DNA of 63,871 nt, counting the filler, from Dicyema japonicum (Eukaryota; Animalia; Dicyemida), in assembly GCA_011109175.1 (NCBI GenBank). It is 6 parts of 6 records of this genome, joined end to end, with 100 filler letters (N's around TTAATTAATTAA, not from the genome) between each part and the next. Parts side by side here need not be neighbours in the genome. Positions count along the whole stretch, not along the records: positions 53,245 to 62,414 come from RDEW01000045.1; positions 62,515 to 63,871 come from RDEW01000287.1; 4 more parts are not named here. One strand, written 5' to 3'. Positions 53,145 to 63,871 of the stretch are shown here, one piece after another. The stretch's first letter is position 1. The number at the start of each line of letters is the position of its first letter. The position numbers were made by a program, and so were the translations under genes. The notes under the pieces were generated by a model. That model saw only the letters and a list, made by a program, of their open reading frames with translations, made no database searches and was not told the origin of the DNA.

Positions 53145-53244
53145 NNNNNNNNNNNNNNNNNNNNNNNNNNNNNNNNNNNNNNNNNNNNTTAATTAATTAA
53201 NNNNNNNNNNNNNNNNNNNNNNNNNNNNNNNNNNNNNNNNNNNN

Positions 53245-53713
53245 TGCACTGCTTGCAAAGGGTAGCAAATCACTTTCCATTTTGTCGGATAAGGTCTTCA
53301 AGTGATGAGGGTATTAGTTATTCTAGTTTTTCAAGATTACTAATAGTAGTGGCTGTTAAGGCCTGAATGTCCTGGATTTTTTGTTTGTTCGTCCAGGACA
53401 AATTGATTCCACTTGACGTAATGGCACAGCTGACAGATGGATGAATGAATTGTTTGTACAACAATTTCAAAGCTGGAAAGTGGTTTTAATGCCACCGAAA
53501 ATAGTTTTGATTATTCCTAGCTTTCTTGAGCAGCTTCCAGAGACAGCGTCGACGTGAGATGAAAAAAACATGTGTGTGTCGAAGGTGATCCCCAAGATTA
53601 TCAGTTTCGTCGTGAAAGGTATTTTTGTCTGGTTGATAAATATATCCACTGTCATTTGTTCAAGTCGTTTGTCTGAGGTAAATAAAAACGAAAAAGATTT
53701 TTTAGCAGATATA
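53245..53713 (-). mobile_element. LINE RT C-terminal fragment, split by the pogo insertion (continues at 55713-55770)
   Basis: ISAKKSFSFLFT...LIILGITFD...FSSHVD. Confidence 0.8.
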
Positions 53714-55712
53714 CAGTACGACCACGAATTGGGGAAACCCAAGTAGCGGGGAAACCCTCTTTTTTGGGGAAATATTTTTGTAATCCCTATAAAATAGGAT
53801 GATTTTTAAAGAAATAAACCCTTTACTGGGGAAAAATTTTATATTATCATGAACGATTCATTAATAAAATTCTATAATATTTGATTTATTATTTGTTTAT
53901 TCTAACCTGTTTTACCAAATTTATTATCGATAATTTTTAAATTTATTTAAGTTACTTAGTTGACTAATTAACCCGGTAAGGAATTATAATTATCAATTTT
54001 TTAAATTATTCTATAAATTTTAGATAGCGAATGTTTAGAAAACTATATCAAAGTGAAAAAATCAAAATTTGCAAGAATATACAGGATAAATTGATTTGTG
54101 AAAGATTAACATCTCTAAAGGAATAGAAAACTATATCAAAGTGAAAAAATCAAAATTTGCAAGAATATACAGGATAAATTGATTTGTGAAAGATTAACAT
54201 CTCTAAAGGAATGCTATACCGACTAAAAAAGAAAAGGGAAGGAATCCTAACTCAATGCTTCTCAACATCCGAAGGGACAATTAGATACGAATTGAATGCC
54301 TAAGTTTACGAGATTTTTTGTAATCTCAGGTCGAAAGGTTTCCCAATCAATGGGCCAACCTTAAAGCTAATTACACGTAAAATTGCATATAGAAATTCAA
54401 ATCAAGATTTCACTGCTTCCGCGAACGCCGCTGGCTGTTTGAGCGAATTTCGCTCGCAATTCTGAGAGGGAACAGCCGCGCAGTGAGGGCGGCAGCTAAC
54501 TGATGTTTTGTTTTTTTTATTTGATTTATAAAATCTTTATTTAAAAAAAAAGAAGCAATTCGAAATAAAATTCAGAATATTACATGGCGAATCACAATCA
54601 GCTGATAAAGGAGGTGCGGAAAACTTCCGATCGACTTTCAATGGTTTCCTTGAGAAATATGAAGAAAACATTTTCAATTGTAATGAAACTGCATTATTTC
54701 ATTAAGCCGTTTCCAAAAAGAGTTCTGTTGAAAGAAATGAGTCACACAGCAGACATGAAATAAAAATGAACTCCTTTGTGTTGCAGTTACAGAGGAGAAA
54801 ATATAAACCGCTTATAATTGGGCGTGCGAAGTCACCAAGAGTATTAAAAGATGTGAATCTGAAAAAAATCGGCATTGAATATTATGCTTTATGCAAAGCC
54901 TGGATGACAAAAAATATTTTTGAAAATTGGTTATCTCAATTTAGCGAGGAAACGAGAGAGAAAAAAAGAAAAATAGCATTATTAATTGACAATGCAACTT
55001 GTCATGATGTTTCTGCCCAATATTCAAACGTCGACGTAATATTTTTTCCAAAAAACACAACTTCTTTAATTCAGCCATGTGACCAAGGGATAATACAGAC
55101 ATTTAAGAATCATTTCAATAATTGGATGATGAAAACGATTATCTATGATAAAAATCCTGTAGCTCAAATAGATGAAGCAATAAAGGGAATCACAATATTG
55201 GATGCTATTTCATGTTCGAAATTGGCATGGGGCGAGATTACAGAAACTTCAATACGACATTGCTTTGAAAATGCATGGAATATGAATATCGGGAAAAAGA
55301 AAACATCTGAGAAAGTCTGATTGATTCGGATATTGTGGAAAATGCGATTTTGGATAGCTTCTGGGGTGATAATAGTAGTGATTAAGAGAATTGCAGCGAA
55401 CAATTTCTGGAACATTTGGATGATTAATAAATTATAAACAATCGGAATGCGCATTCTCAATGCTGTAAATGTTATTAAGCAAGAGACTCCGGATGATGTT
55501 CTTGATCTATGCAGATTCAAAGCAAATATTTTGAGTTCGATGCGAAAAAACAAATCACTCGATTAAAATTAACAGATTTTTTTATTAAAAAATAAAAATT
55601 ATAATTTCTGCCTTGGTTATATTATTAAGGTTGAATATCGAACAGGAGAGACCCAAATTTTGGAAAAAACCTCAAAATTGGGGAAATGTTTCCCCAATTC
55701 GGGGTCGCACTG
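53714..55712 (+). mobile_element. pogo/Tigger DNA transposon, both ends present, transposase inactivated
   Basis: 25-bp TIRs CAGTRCGACCMCGAATTGGGGAAAC (2 mismatches), TA on both sides; GFPINGPTLK, LHGES, IFNCNETALF, KAWMT, LLIDNATCH, IQPCDQGII (30 residues between the last two Asp). Confidence 0.95.
54418..54550 (+). mobile_element. CRE-like LINE 3' fragment inserted in the pogo transposase
   Basis: Near-identical to 19990-20075, followed by a T-rich UTR and A tail. Confidence 0.9.
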
Positions 55713-58700
55713 TATCAAGCCGGTTATAATTTAACCAAATTTAAATCTTGTGAAGGTATTCTTGTAATCTTTATGATGCCTTAATAGTTATAAAGAAAAT
55801 TTAAATAAAATAAATAAGTTAGATTTACTGTTATTTTTAAACTTTAAAATGTTTTTACTAAAAATAATTAACGAAAAATATACATGTCAGCAAACCAAGG
55901 AGTTAATTGGTAGGTAGGTTGAGGTAGTATAATACATCTATTGCACATAATGTCTATTTATTTTCATCACGTGAGCATGGACGAGGTAACGGAGTAAGAA
56001 GACTTTGGAAACCAGAAGTTTTCTCAAAAAACTGTCTGGTACACCTATCATCCGAGTTCGAATTTCGCCCAGCCCAAAGTTAAAGGAACTTGATGGATTA
56101 TATGTAAGGAGGTCTGACTTTACTTAGAAGTAATCTATGATCTTAACCATGCAGTCAAATGACATTTTTTTGGAAGAGCAATAGGTTTCTCGAAGCTCGT
56201 TGCTCACTCTCGATAATTATCTGTAAGGACGTCTGACTTTACTTAGAAGTAATCTATGATCTTAACCATGCAGTCAAATGACATTTTTTTGGAAGAGCAA
56301 TAGGTTTCTCGATGCTCGTTGCTCACTCTCGATATTATAATAAATCTCCTATTTCTCTTGGTAATCCAGTCGTTATGTGTCTTGAAGACGATTGTCTTAC
56401 CATCTAAGTGTGCCCAAATACTTCAGATTTTTGAAAGTANNNNNNNNNNNNNNNNNNNNNNNNNNNNNNNNNNNNNNNNNNNNNNNNNNNNNNNNNNNNN
56501 NNNNNNNNNNNNNNNNNNNNNNNNNNNNNNNNNNNNNNNNNNNNNNNNNNNNNNNNNNNNNNNNNAATCTCCTATTTCTCTTGGTAATCCAGTCGTTATG
56601 TATTTTGAAGACGATTGTCTTACCATCTAAGTGTGCCCAAATACTTCAGATTTTTGAAAGTATTGATCTATTAGTCTCTCTCTTGAACTTCAAAGTAACA
56701 GGAATGCGTCTCGATTAATGCTGTTGCAAAGAAAATGGCTAATTTTCCTAAGTCAAAAAAACAAAAGTATTTAACAACAAATTTGATAACAAATAATCAG
56801 ACTTTTGTGAATAAATCTTTATTGAAATGAATAATGTCTGAGCATTGAAGTATTTGTTAACCCATCTAAATTCTAAAACTCGAGTTTCTTCCAGAAGTAT
56901 GTGTCACTTTTTGTAAATTAGTTAGAAACAATTTCTCAAATATGTTGGATCTCTAAAGGATCATCCAAACTGCTGTGAGAACGTATTCAACTGGCTGATA
57001 TAAAAAAAGGTTTATATTTTCTCCAAAACCTCAAAATAACCAAAACTTTAACGGCTACTATTATTGATGCACGGAAGTTTTAAAATATATGCCAGTCGAA
57101 TTTTTTATATAAAATTCTTCATAATAAAGATATTCCGATGTAATAAGCATTTGCTTGTAAATTGCAATGATTCTTCAATTTAATTAGACAATCACGAAAA
57201 CATCAATTTCCAGAGAAACTATATGTATATTAGTGCTACATCAACCATGCATCAAAGGGGTCAATTTTATAACATCTTTACTGTAACTAGCTTCAGTTTG
57301 AATGAAAATGAAATTTGCTATATATCCACTTATTATATAGTGCAAACAATTTCATTCTAGTGATAACGAAACAAGACAAAACATAAAATACACGGAATTG
57401 TTTAGACAAATTACATATTTGACGAAATAATCTTCAACGATTAATTTAAACAATTTACTTATGACTGAAACAGAATTATGCCCAATGTTCAATCGAGCAG
57501 GTTTTATTTAGTTAATAAAGTCTCTTCGGGGAAGAAATAATAATCTTCATAACATATTTCCGTGATTATATTGTTACTATAAATATTTTCTGCAGTCACA
57601 GTATCGTATTAAATAAGGAATTGTTAATAAGTAACCAACGAATATTATGTCCAGTGGATTTTGTATTACGTTGTTTAATTGTTTTTTGGAAATTCATTCT
57701 TCTCGTCTTATTGAGCATACTCTTGCTATCCTTCTATTATATGAACAACGAAACGGTGAAAATAACAAGATCACAATATACTCTATTCAGAAAATTACAT
57801 TTATTTTAGTGAGTCGTTTTTACAATGATTACATCGGAAATAATTACTCCAAAATGACCGTACAGACTTTATAACTTAATAAGCGTTTTTGTTTGTTATG
57901 ATAATTGTACAACCATGAAAAAGATTTTTTCCTTTAATCAATCTCTATTAGCACATTATTACAATGAAGATCAAAATAGAAAATCATCAGCCAGAGATTA
58001 TTAACTTTGCTGTTTTTCTTGCTTTATTTTGTTGAAATAGGAAGCAATTAGGAAGTTTTAAAAAATTAAAAATGTTTATTCCACTAGAAACGCATTCAAT
58101 TAAAAAATATTTTCATAGTGGAAAAAAAAACTTCTCAATGATTAATGACAATAAGATAAATTTGTGTGAAATATATGCGTGAATTTTGGAAAGTCAATAA
58201 CTATTTGAGTCAAGATGATATAATTTAAAATTAAACTAAAAATTCTTTCTAATTTTATCAGAAAATAAAATAATTGAATTCAATTTTTATGATTTTAAGT
58301 TTTTCGTTTCGATTATGATTTTAAGTTTTTTGTCATAAAAGTTTTGTTGTATATGACTAATTTTGTTTATATATGAATTGGAACATTGAATCAGATTTTG
58401 GATTTATTTCCAGAGACAATCCTTTGTTTGGTGATTTCTTGAAAATACTATCTGGGTAGAAGTCGTTTGGTGACCCCTACCATTTCGTATTTTCCCATAA
58501 ATTAAATAGATTTGTTTAGCACTNCTCTTGCCCAGTAATCGTTACACCGAGCCATATTTTAATAATAATTTAGACGAATTAATATATTATTGTATATTTG
58601 TGAGGATTTGTCGTCATTCCAAAGTAGTCCAAGTAAATGACCATTTAATACTTAAAATACAAATCTTAGTTTATTAAACTACTTTTCTAACTCACATCCA

Positions 58701-58774
58701 TATTTGTCTATTTAGTACCAGTATCACATAGTCTTTGATTATTGAAAGTTTGTTTTCATTTCTGCATATTAATA

Positions 58775-59210
58775 ATAATGATAACAGCCTTTTTCACTGA
58801 GCCGTGGTATTAGCTCCTCATAGGCAGGACACACACTTCATTTAAGTAAAGAATAGTTAATTTTAACTTATCGTAGAACCAAGGAATGATCTTCACTTCT
58901 ATTTTCTTTTTCTTGTATGTGGGTCCTTTCTAGACAATCCAGTTCCGCAGTGAGAGTCCTCTGATGACGGCGTCATTCGTCAAGTCTTTTTAGCATCGTA
59001 GATGCGTGGAACCTNNNNNNNNNNNNNNNNTTGTGTGTGGGTCCTTTCTAGACAATCCAGTTCCGCAGTGAGTATCCACTGAAGACGTCGTCACTCGTCA
59101 AACCCTTTTTGCATCGTAGATGCGTGGAACCTTCCACCATGTGAACAGCAGCGAGAATCGAACCTGTAACCTAAGTCACTTTAGCCCGACACCTAACCAC
59201 TATGCCACCC
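58775..59210 (-). mobile_element. tRNA-derived SINE family A, best-preserved head; middle duplicated around an N gap
   Basis: ggtggcatagtggttagg (A box), ggttcgattc (B box), poor acceptor stem; body and tail homologous to 26150-26485. Confidence 0.8.
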
Positions 59211-60729
59211 GTTTATTGAATACTAATTCAATAAAAATATGTAATATTAAAAAAACTGTTTTTAAAAACTGAGATTTTCAATTATAGAGTCTATTGGGCG
59301 AAAACTATAGACTTTGACTTGTCAAATAATTAACCGAGGAACAGGCCCATGCAATTACGAGCATGTATTTGTACTGCAGATACGTGATTGTGCGGTAATA
59401 TTGTGCCAATTGACGTCACTGTTGTAGTAGTTTATTTGGTGTTTCATCGTCTTTGGAATTTTTATTCCATTTATAGATTAATTACCCATATCTGCATAAT
59501 GTTGTAAATTATGTATACATCTGTTTTTAACAGATTATCTAATAATATAGTAGAATGTAGTTTCAGATTATCAATAAAGATTTTTTTTGAAATATTGAAA
59601 GTGGAGATTGTTTTGAATAATCAATAAACTAATTAATATTGTTCGAAATACTAAAATATACATGAAATAGGAAATTCTTTTTATATCAAGCCTTTTGATA
59701 GTGTTCAGCATGCCGGTCATCTAGGTACTTTATCATTGTCAATCCGATTTTCATCGTTGCCGATTTACACCTGTTGTGGTCGAATCATCAAGAGCCGTTG
59801 GTCTAATGACGGCTGAGTACTTGTGAGAACTCGGAGGAATGCTTGCCAGAAAGAAAAGGGATCAACGAGAGGCGTTATGGCTGAGATAAAAGATTGGAAT
59901 GGCGATACTCCGAGGGAACTCGTTCGCTATCCATACAGCCGGCTTCCTAAACCAACATTTGTTTCTTTGGTTAATAAATTTTTTTCAATAAAAAAATAAA
60001 AAAAATAAAATATTTTAGTTGTTAAAATAAGCGGTAAAACGTTGAATATTCAGATAAAGTAATGCATAGCTATGACTTTTTATTGATTCATACATTATAT
60101 GAAGAAAAATTATATTTTTGTACGTATTTAAAATCCAAATTCCGTTTTTATTTGAAGAGGAGATCTCTATTATCGCTGTCATTGTGGATGTTGGTCCAAA
60201 TAATGCACACTATCAATTCAAGATCCATGGAGCCAAAAGGGAAGAAAAGGAACATAAGAAAAAAACAAAAAAATCTTAAATTTAAGTAGCCACTTAGCAC
60301 CATTAAGTCCCAAAATTATCATTAACATATTGCACCAGGAAAAGAAAGGAGTAAATCCAAAAATTAACAAGATTCAACTAATTATAAGTAGTAGTCTCAT
60401 TATAATTAATGATATTAAGGCACCCTTATTTGTTTTATATTGTAAGTACGGTGTTGATTGTTAATCGTGACACGTGTCTCAAAATTAGATGATTTATACT
60501 CATGCTTATGAACATGAGTATTCATTAAACAATCTTTATTGCAATCACTTGCAGTCGTGTTCACGTGTCTGCACTNAATTTTTTAGCTCGACTAATATGA
60601 ACTGTGTTATATTCATTATTTTTTCATTTTTGGTCAACAATAGTTATCAGTTCTACTTTCTTACTGATAACTTGGTACTTTTTTGTAGAAATTTCGTCAT
60701 ATAATGGGTGCGCTTATTACCCTCATTTG

Positions 60730-61010
60730 CATCCCCTCATGACGTAATAGAATTTTGTCTCCTGAATTGAGTTCATCGTATTTTCATCTTCGGCGTTTTT
60801 TCATTTTTTACCTGACTTTATTATATTTTAAAGAGCAATTTTTTGTTTTTCTTCTTATAAATTATTCAAAGATGAAAATTCTATTGGCTCTTCATCTTTG
60901 GCGGAAAAATTTATTAACAATTCTAATTTTTCCAGATCGTATTTTTTCTCAAGATTGACGTTGTAAAAAATCTCAAAAGGCCGCTGTCTTCTTGTATGAT
61001 GGCTGTGTAG
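60730..61010 (-). pseudogene. Possible integrase C-terminal remnant (Ginger or gypsy-like)
   Basis: LHSHHTRRQRPFEIFY...KMKKRR...ELNSGDKILLR resembles post-core integrase motifs; catalytic core not seen. Confidence 0.4.
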
Positions 61011-62514
61011 GGTTTCAAATTTTTGAAAATGAATTGTTCGGCGCATCTTTTGATTTTTGTCCGTTCTCTTCACTCAGGGCAATCATCGATCTTACCAGTA
61101 GCACAGTGGATCCTACTTTTTTCCAAGGTATCACGTGTTAAGTTCACTAGATACATGTTTTATAATTAATATTTTAAATAAAAATATGTATTATATGTAT
61201 TTTTAATATTATTAATAATTTTTTCCAATGAAAGTTTTACTAAGAAATTTTTTTTTGTATTTTGTGATGAATCTCGCATGTACGGCGTCTCGCATGTATG
61301 GACTGTGAGATAAAATAACTAAAAATAATTTATTTGTTACAATGAACGGTGAAACGTTGAATATTCAGATGAGGTAATGCATATCCATGACTTTTCATTG
61401 ATTCATACATTATTTGAGGAGANATGAAAGTTTTACTAAGAAATTTTTTTTTTGTATTTTGTGATGAATCTCGCATGTACAGCGTCTCGCATGTATTGAC
61501 TGTGACATAAAATAATCAAAAATGATTTATTTGTTACAATGAGCGGAGAAACGTTGAATATTCAGATGAGGTAATGCATATCCATGACTTTTCATTGATT
61601 CATACATTATTTGAGGAGAAATTATATATTTTTTCACGTATTTAAGTATCAAATTCTGTTTTTATTTAAAAAGGAAATAGCCGCGCATTCAGGACAGCCG
61701 ATATATGACTATTTACTCACTTGATTCCATATTTGATTTTAAATTTGTAACAAAATTTTTTGACATCGGTAATATATTATTTATTATTGAATCCACGACG
61801 CACGTGAGACCCGGTTGCTTCTACAATTGATTTCTGTTGCAATCGTGAAATGCAACACAACGTCGATAATGTCGGCGGGGACTACTTTAGATGGATTGCT
61901 GTGTTAATTAATTTATTGTTACTTTAAAAAATATAGTAGTATTATTGCACAGTTTATTGAATAATTCAATTTTATAATTTTAAAAACATTAAAAGTTATG
62001 TAATACCTAAAAAGAAAATTTATCTTAAAAATATGAAATTATCAATTATGTCACAAGCGCTACACGCTACCGAGCGCTACGCGTTACATTTTTTATTTTT
62101 AAAAAAACATTAAAAGTTATGTAATACCTAAAAAGAAAATTTATCTTAAAAATATGAAATTATCAATTATGTCACAAGCGCTACACGCTACCGAGCGCTA
62201 CGCGTTACATTTTTTTATTTAAAATAAAATAAAAAAATAGCATAATATAGGCTTTTTTATAAAGTTAAGCTGATGGCTCGGTGTTTCGTTAAAACAACCC
62301 AGGAATAAATTGATATAATGAAAATAATGGAAGAGAAGGGGATCGTCGATCAAATAATGACAAGACAAAAAATACCGATTAACTCAAAAGTCAAAGAATT
62401 TTTTATCTATCAATNNNNNNNNNNNNNNNNNNNNNNNNNNNNNNNNNNNNNNNNNNNNTTAATTAATTAANNNNNNNNNNNNNNNNNNNNNNNNNNNNNN
62501 NNNNNNNNNNNNNN

Positions 62515-62945
62515 CACTGGTGAGTTTAACAGTTTATTTTGTCTATTTTTGATGAAATCTATTAATTCAGGACCTATAAATTATGGAAGGATGTGACTTA
62601 TTTTATCCATGATCTCCTTTCTCTCCAGCTGGATTTCCTGAGGAGAAAATTGTTCTATCAACAATAAATTTTCAGTTTTTATTAATTCGACTTCTTTATT
62701 TTTATTTAGCACTGAAATTCCACTTCCGTTTATTAGAGAATCACCAGATTCTACTGATGGCACACTATTAGAGTTATTATTTAGGCCTAGTAATTCATCT
62801 TTCTGGGCAAATAAACTCTGGTTTTGATATGTTGTCGATTTTATATTGGGATTTCGTTTTATTGCCGACCCATGTTCCTAGAATAATTAAATTTATTTCA
62901 TTAAATTAAGTAAAGTTTGAGTACCACGATAATGTCAGAGATCAT
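62515..62945 (-). CDS. RPAP1: RNA polymerase II-associated protein 1 (RPAP1/Rba50), 5' part; introns 62878-62924 and 62574-62597; truncated by linker
   Basis: Spliced MISDIIVEH...SLINGSGI...IKTENLLLIEQFSPQEIQLERKEIMDKISPELIDFIKNR matches the RPAP1 N-terminal motif (I..EN...L..MS.EEI..EQ.EL...L.P.L..FL..R). Confidence 0.82.
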
Positions 62946-63319
62946 ATTTAAATTTAAATTCTATAAAATTATTAATAAAATTTAATTTTTTATAATTTAA
63001 TTTTTTGAAGATGGTGGTGGCTGAGGTCCTTGCCCGCGCTATTGGCTAAGTAAAGTTTGAGTACCACGATAATGTCAGAGATCATATTTAAATTTAAATT
63101 CTATAAAATTATTAATAAAATTTAATTTTTTATAATTTAATTTTTTGAAGATGGTGGTGGCTGAAGTCCTTGCCCGCGCTATTGGCGAGGCTACCTCGTT
63201 TTTGAAGACCATGGATTGGATTTCTTTATATTTCTTTCCCCTAATTGTACTTGGATTGGACTCTAATCGTCGAGGAGTATCTACCGCTGCAAACGTCTAA
63301 AACTATAGCTATATTCCAT

Positions 63320-63801
63320 ATTATTATTAATAGCACTTTCGAAGAACCAAAAATGTAATTTATTTAATTAAGGTTCCGCTTGTGCCGTATTTTTCTTCAG
63401 GTTATTTTTTTCCACAATTCTCTTGACCAACTTCCTCCATGCTCCGCGGTTACAGGCAGTTATTCCGAGCGTATCCAGATCATCTCCAGTTTTCAGCTTT
63501 CGTCCTACATTGGTCAGGTCCTTGTGTAGAACCTCTGGCAAAGTTATGCGAGGTCTTCCACGGAACGAGGTATTCACTTCTGGGCAGAAATAGTTCTCCA
63601 TTGCTATTTTGGCAGGCGTCATCTGGCTCATTCGAAGGATGTGACCAAACAGACGCCATCTTGATTCCAGGATATACAGACTCAATGGTCTTGTATTGCA
63701 TACTTTGTATAGATTCTTGTTTGTAATTTTTTTCGGCCAGTTGATGCCAAGCAACAGTCGGAGTTGCTTACGATGGTAGGCATCTATACCATTTCAGGTT
63801 T
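63320..63801 (-). mobile_element. RTE LINE 3' portion with AAT tail
   Basis: YHRKQLRLLLGINWP, SRWRLFGHILRM, RGRPRITLP, NRGAWRKLV. Confidence 0.88.
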
Positions 63802-63871
63802 AAAGTGGGTCTTACCAAAAGCAAAGTGGGTCTTACCAAAAGCAAAGTGGTACTTACCAAAAGCAAAGTGG
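63802..63871. repeat. 21-bp tandem repeat, at least 3.3 copies, runs off the window
   Basis: Unit aaagtgggtcttaccaaaagc. Confidence 0.9.

Noticed and set aside
59140-59210. Functional tRNA gene (also about 26155-26230 and 29310-29372)
   Set aside because: A/B boxes are present, but there is no cloverleaf or acceptor stem and each continues into a shared repeat body, so these are SINE heads.
63802-63871. Telomeric repeat
   Set aside because: A 21-bp unit with few visible copies abutting a truncated RTE; the window edge is not evidence of a chromosome end.

Overview
AT-rich eukaryotic draft scaffold, with no prokaryotic features or CRISPR arrays. Contigs are joined by artificial N44-TTAATTAATTAA-N44 linkers and many single-N joins. 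Most of the window is decayed transposon sequence: RTE-, Ingi/Vingi-like, Jockey/I-like and CRE-like LINEs, at least two tRNA-derived SINE families, a complete pogo/Tigger element, and hAT and integrase remnants. Six host genes are hidden from the ORF track because they are split by very small (mostly 21-32 nt) spliceosomal introns, which I spliced by hand: CTU1/NCS6 (complete), an FCHo-like F-BAR gene (5' part), RPAP1 (5' part) and three hypothetical genes. The FCHo acidic motif plus the tiny introns suggest a reduced animal such as a dicyemid (inference only). Two observations stand out. (1) An otherwise intact CTU1 needs two 22-nt GT...TG introns with matching context (GTAAT...TTG|ATAT). 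(2) A LINE family begins with an HDV-like pseudoknot that lacks the usual catalytic C and contains the start codon, followed by a short leader and a 2A-like peptide. All family and protein assignments come from motif recognition by eye; no searches were run. TE boundaries are approximate.
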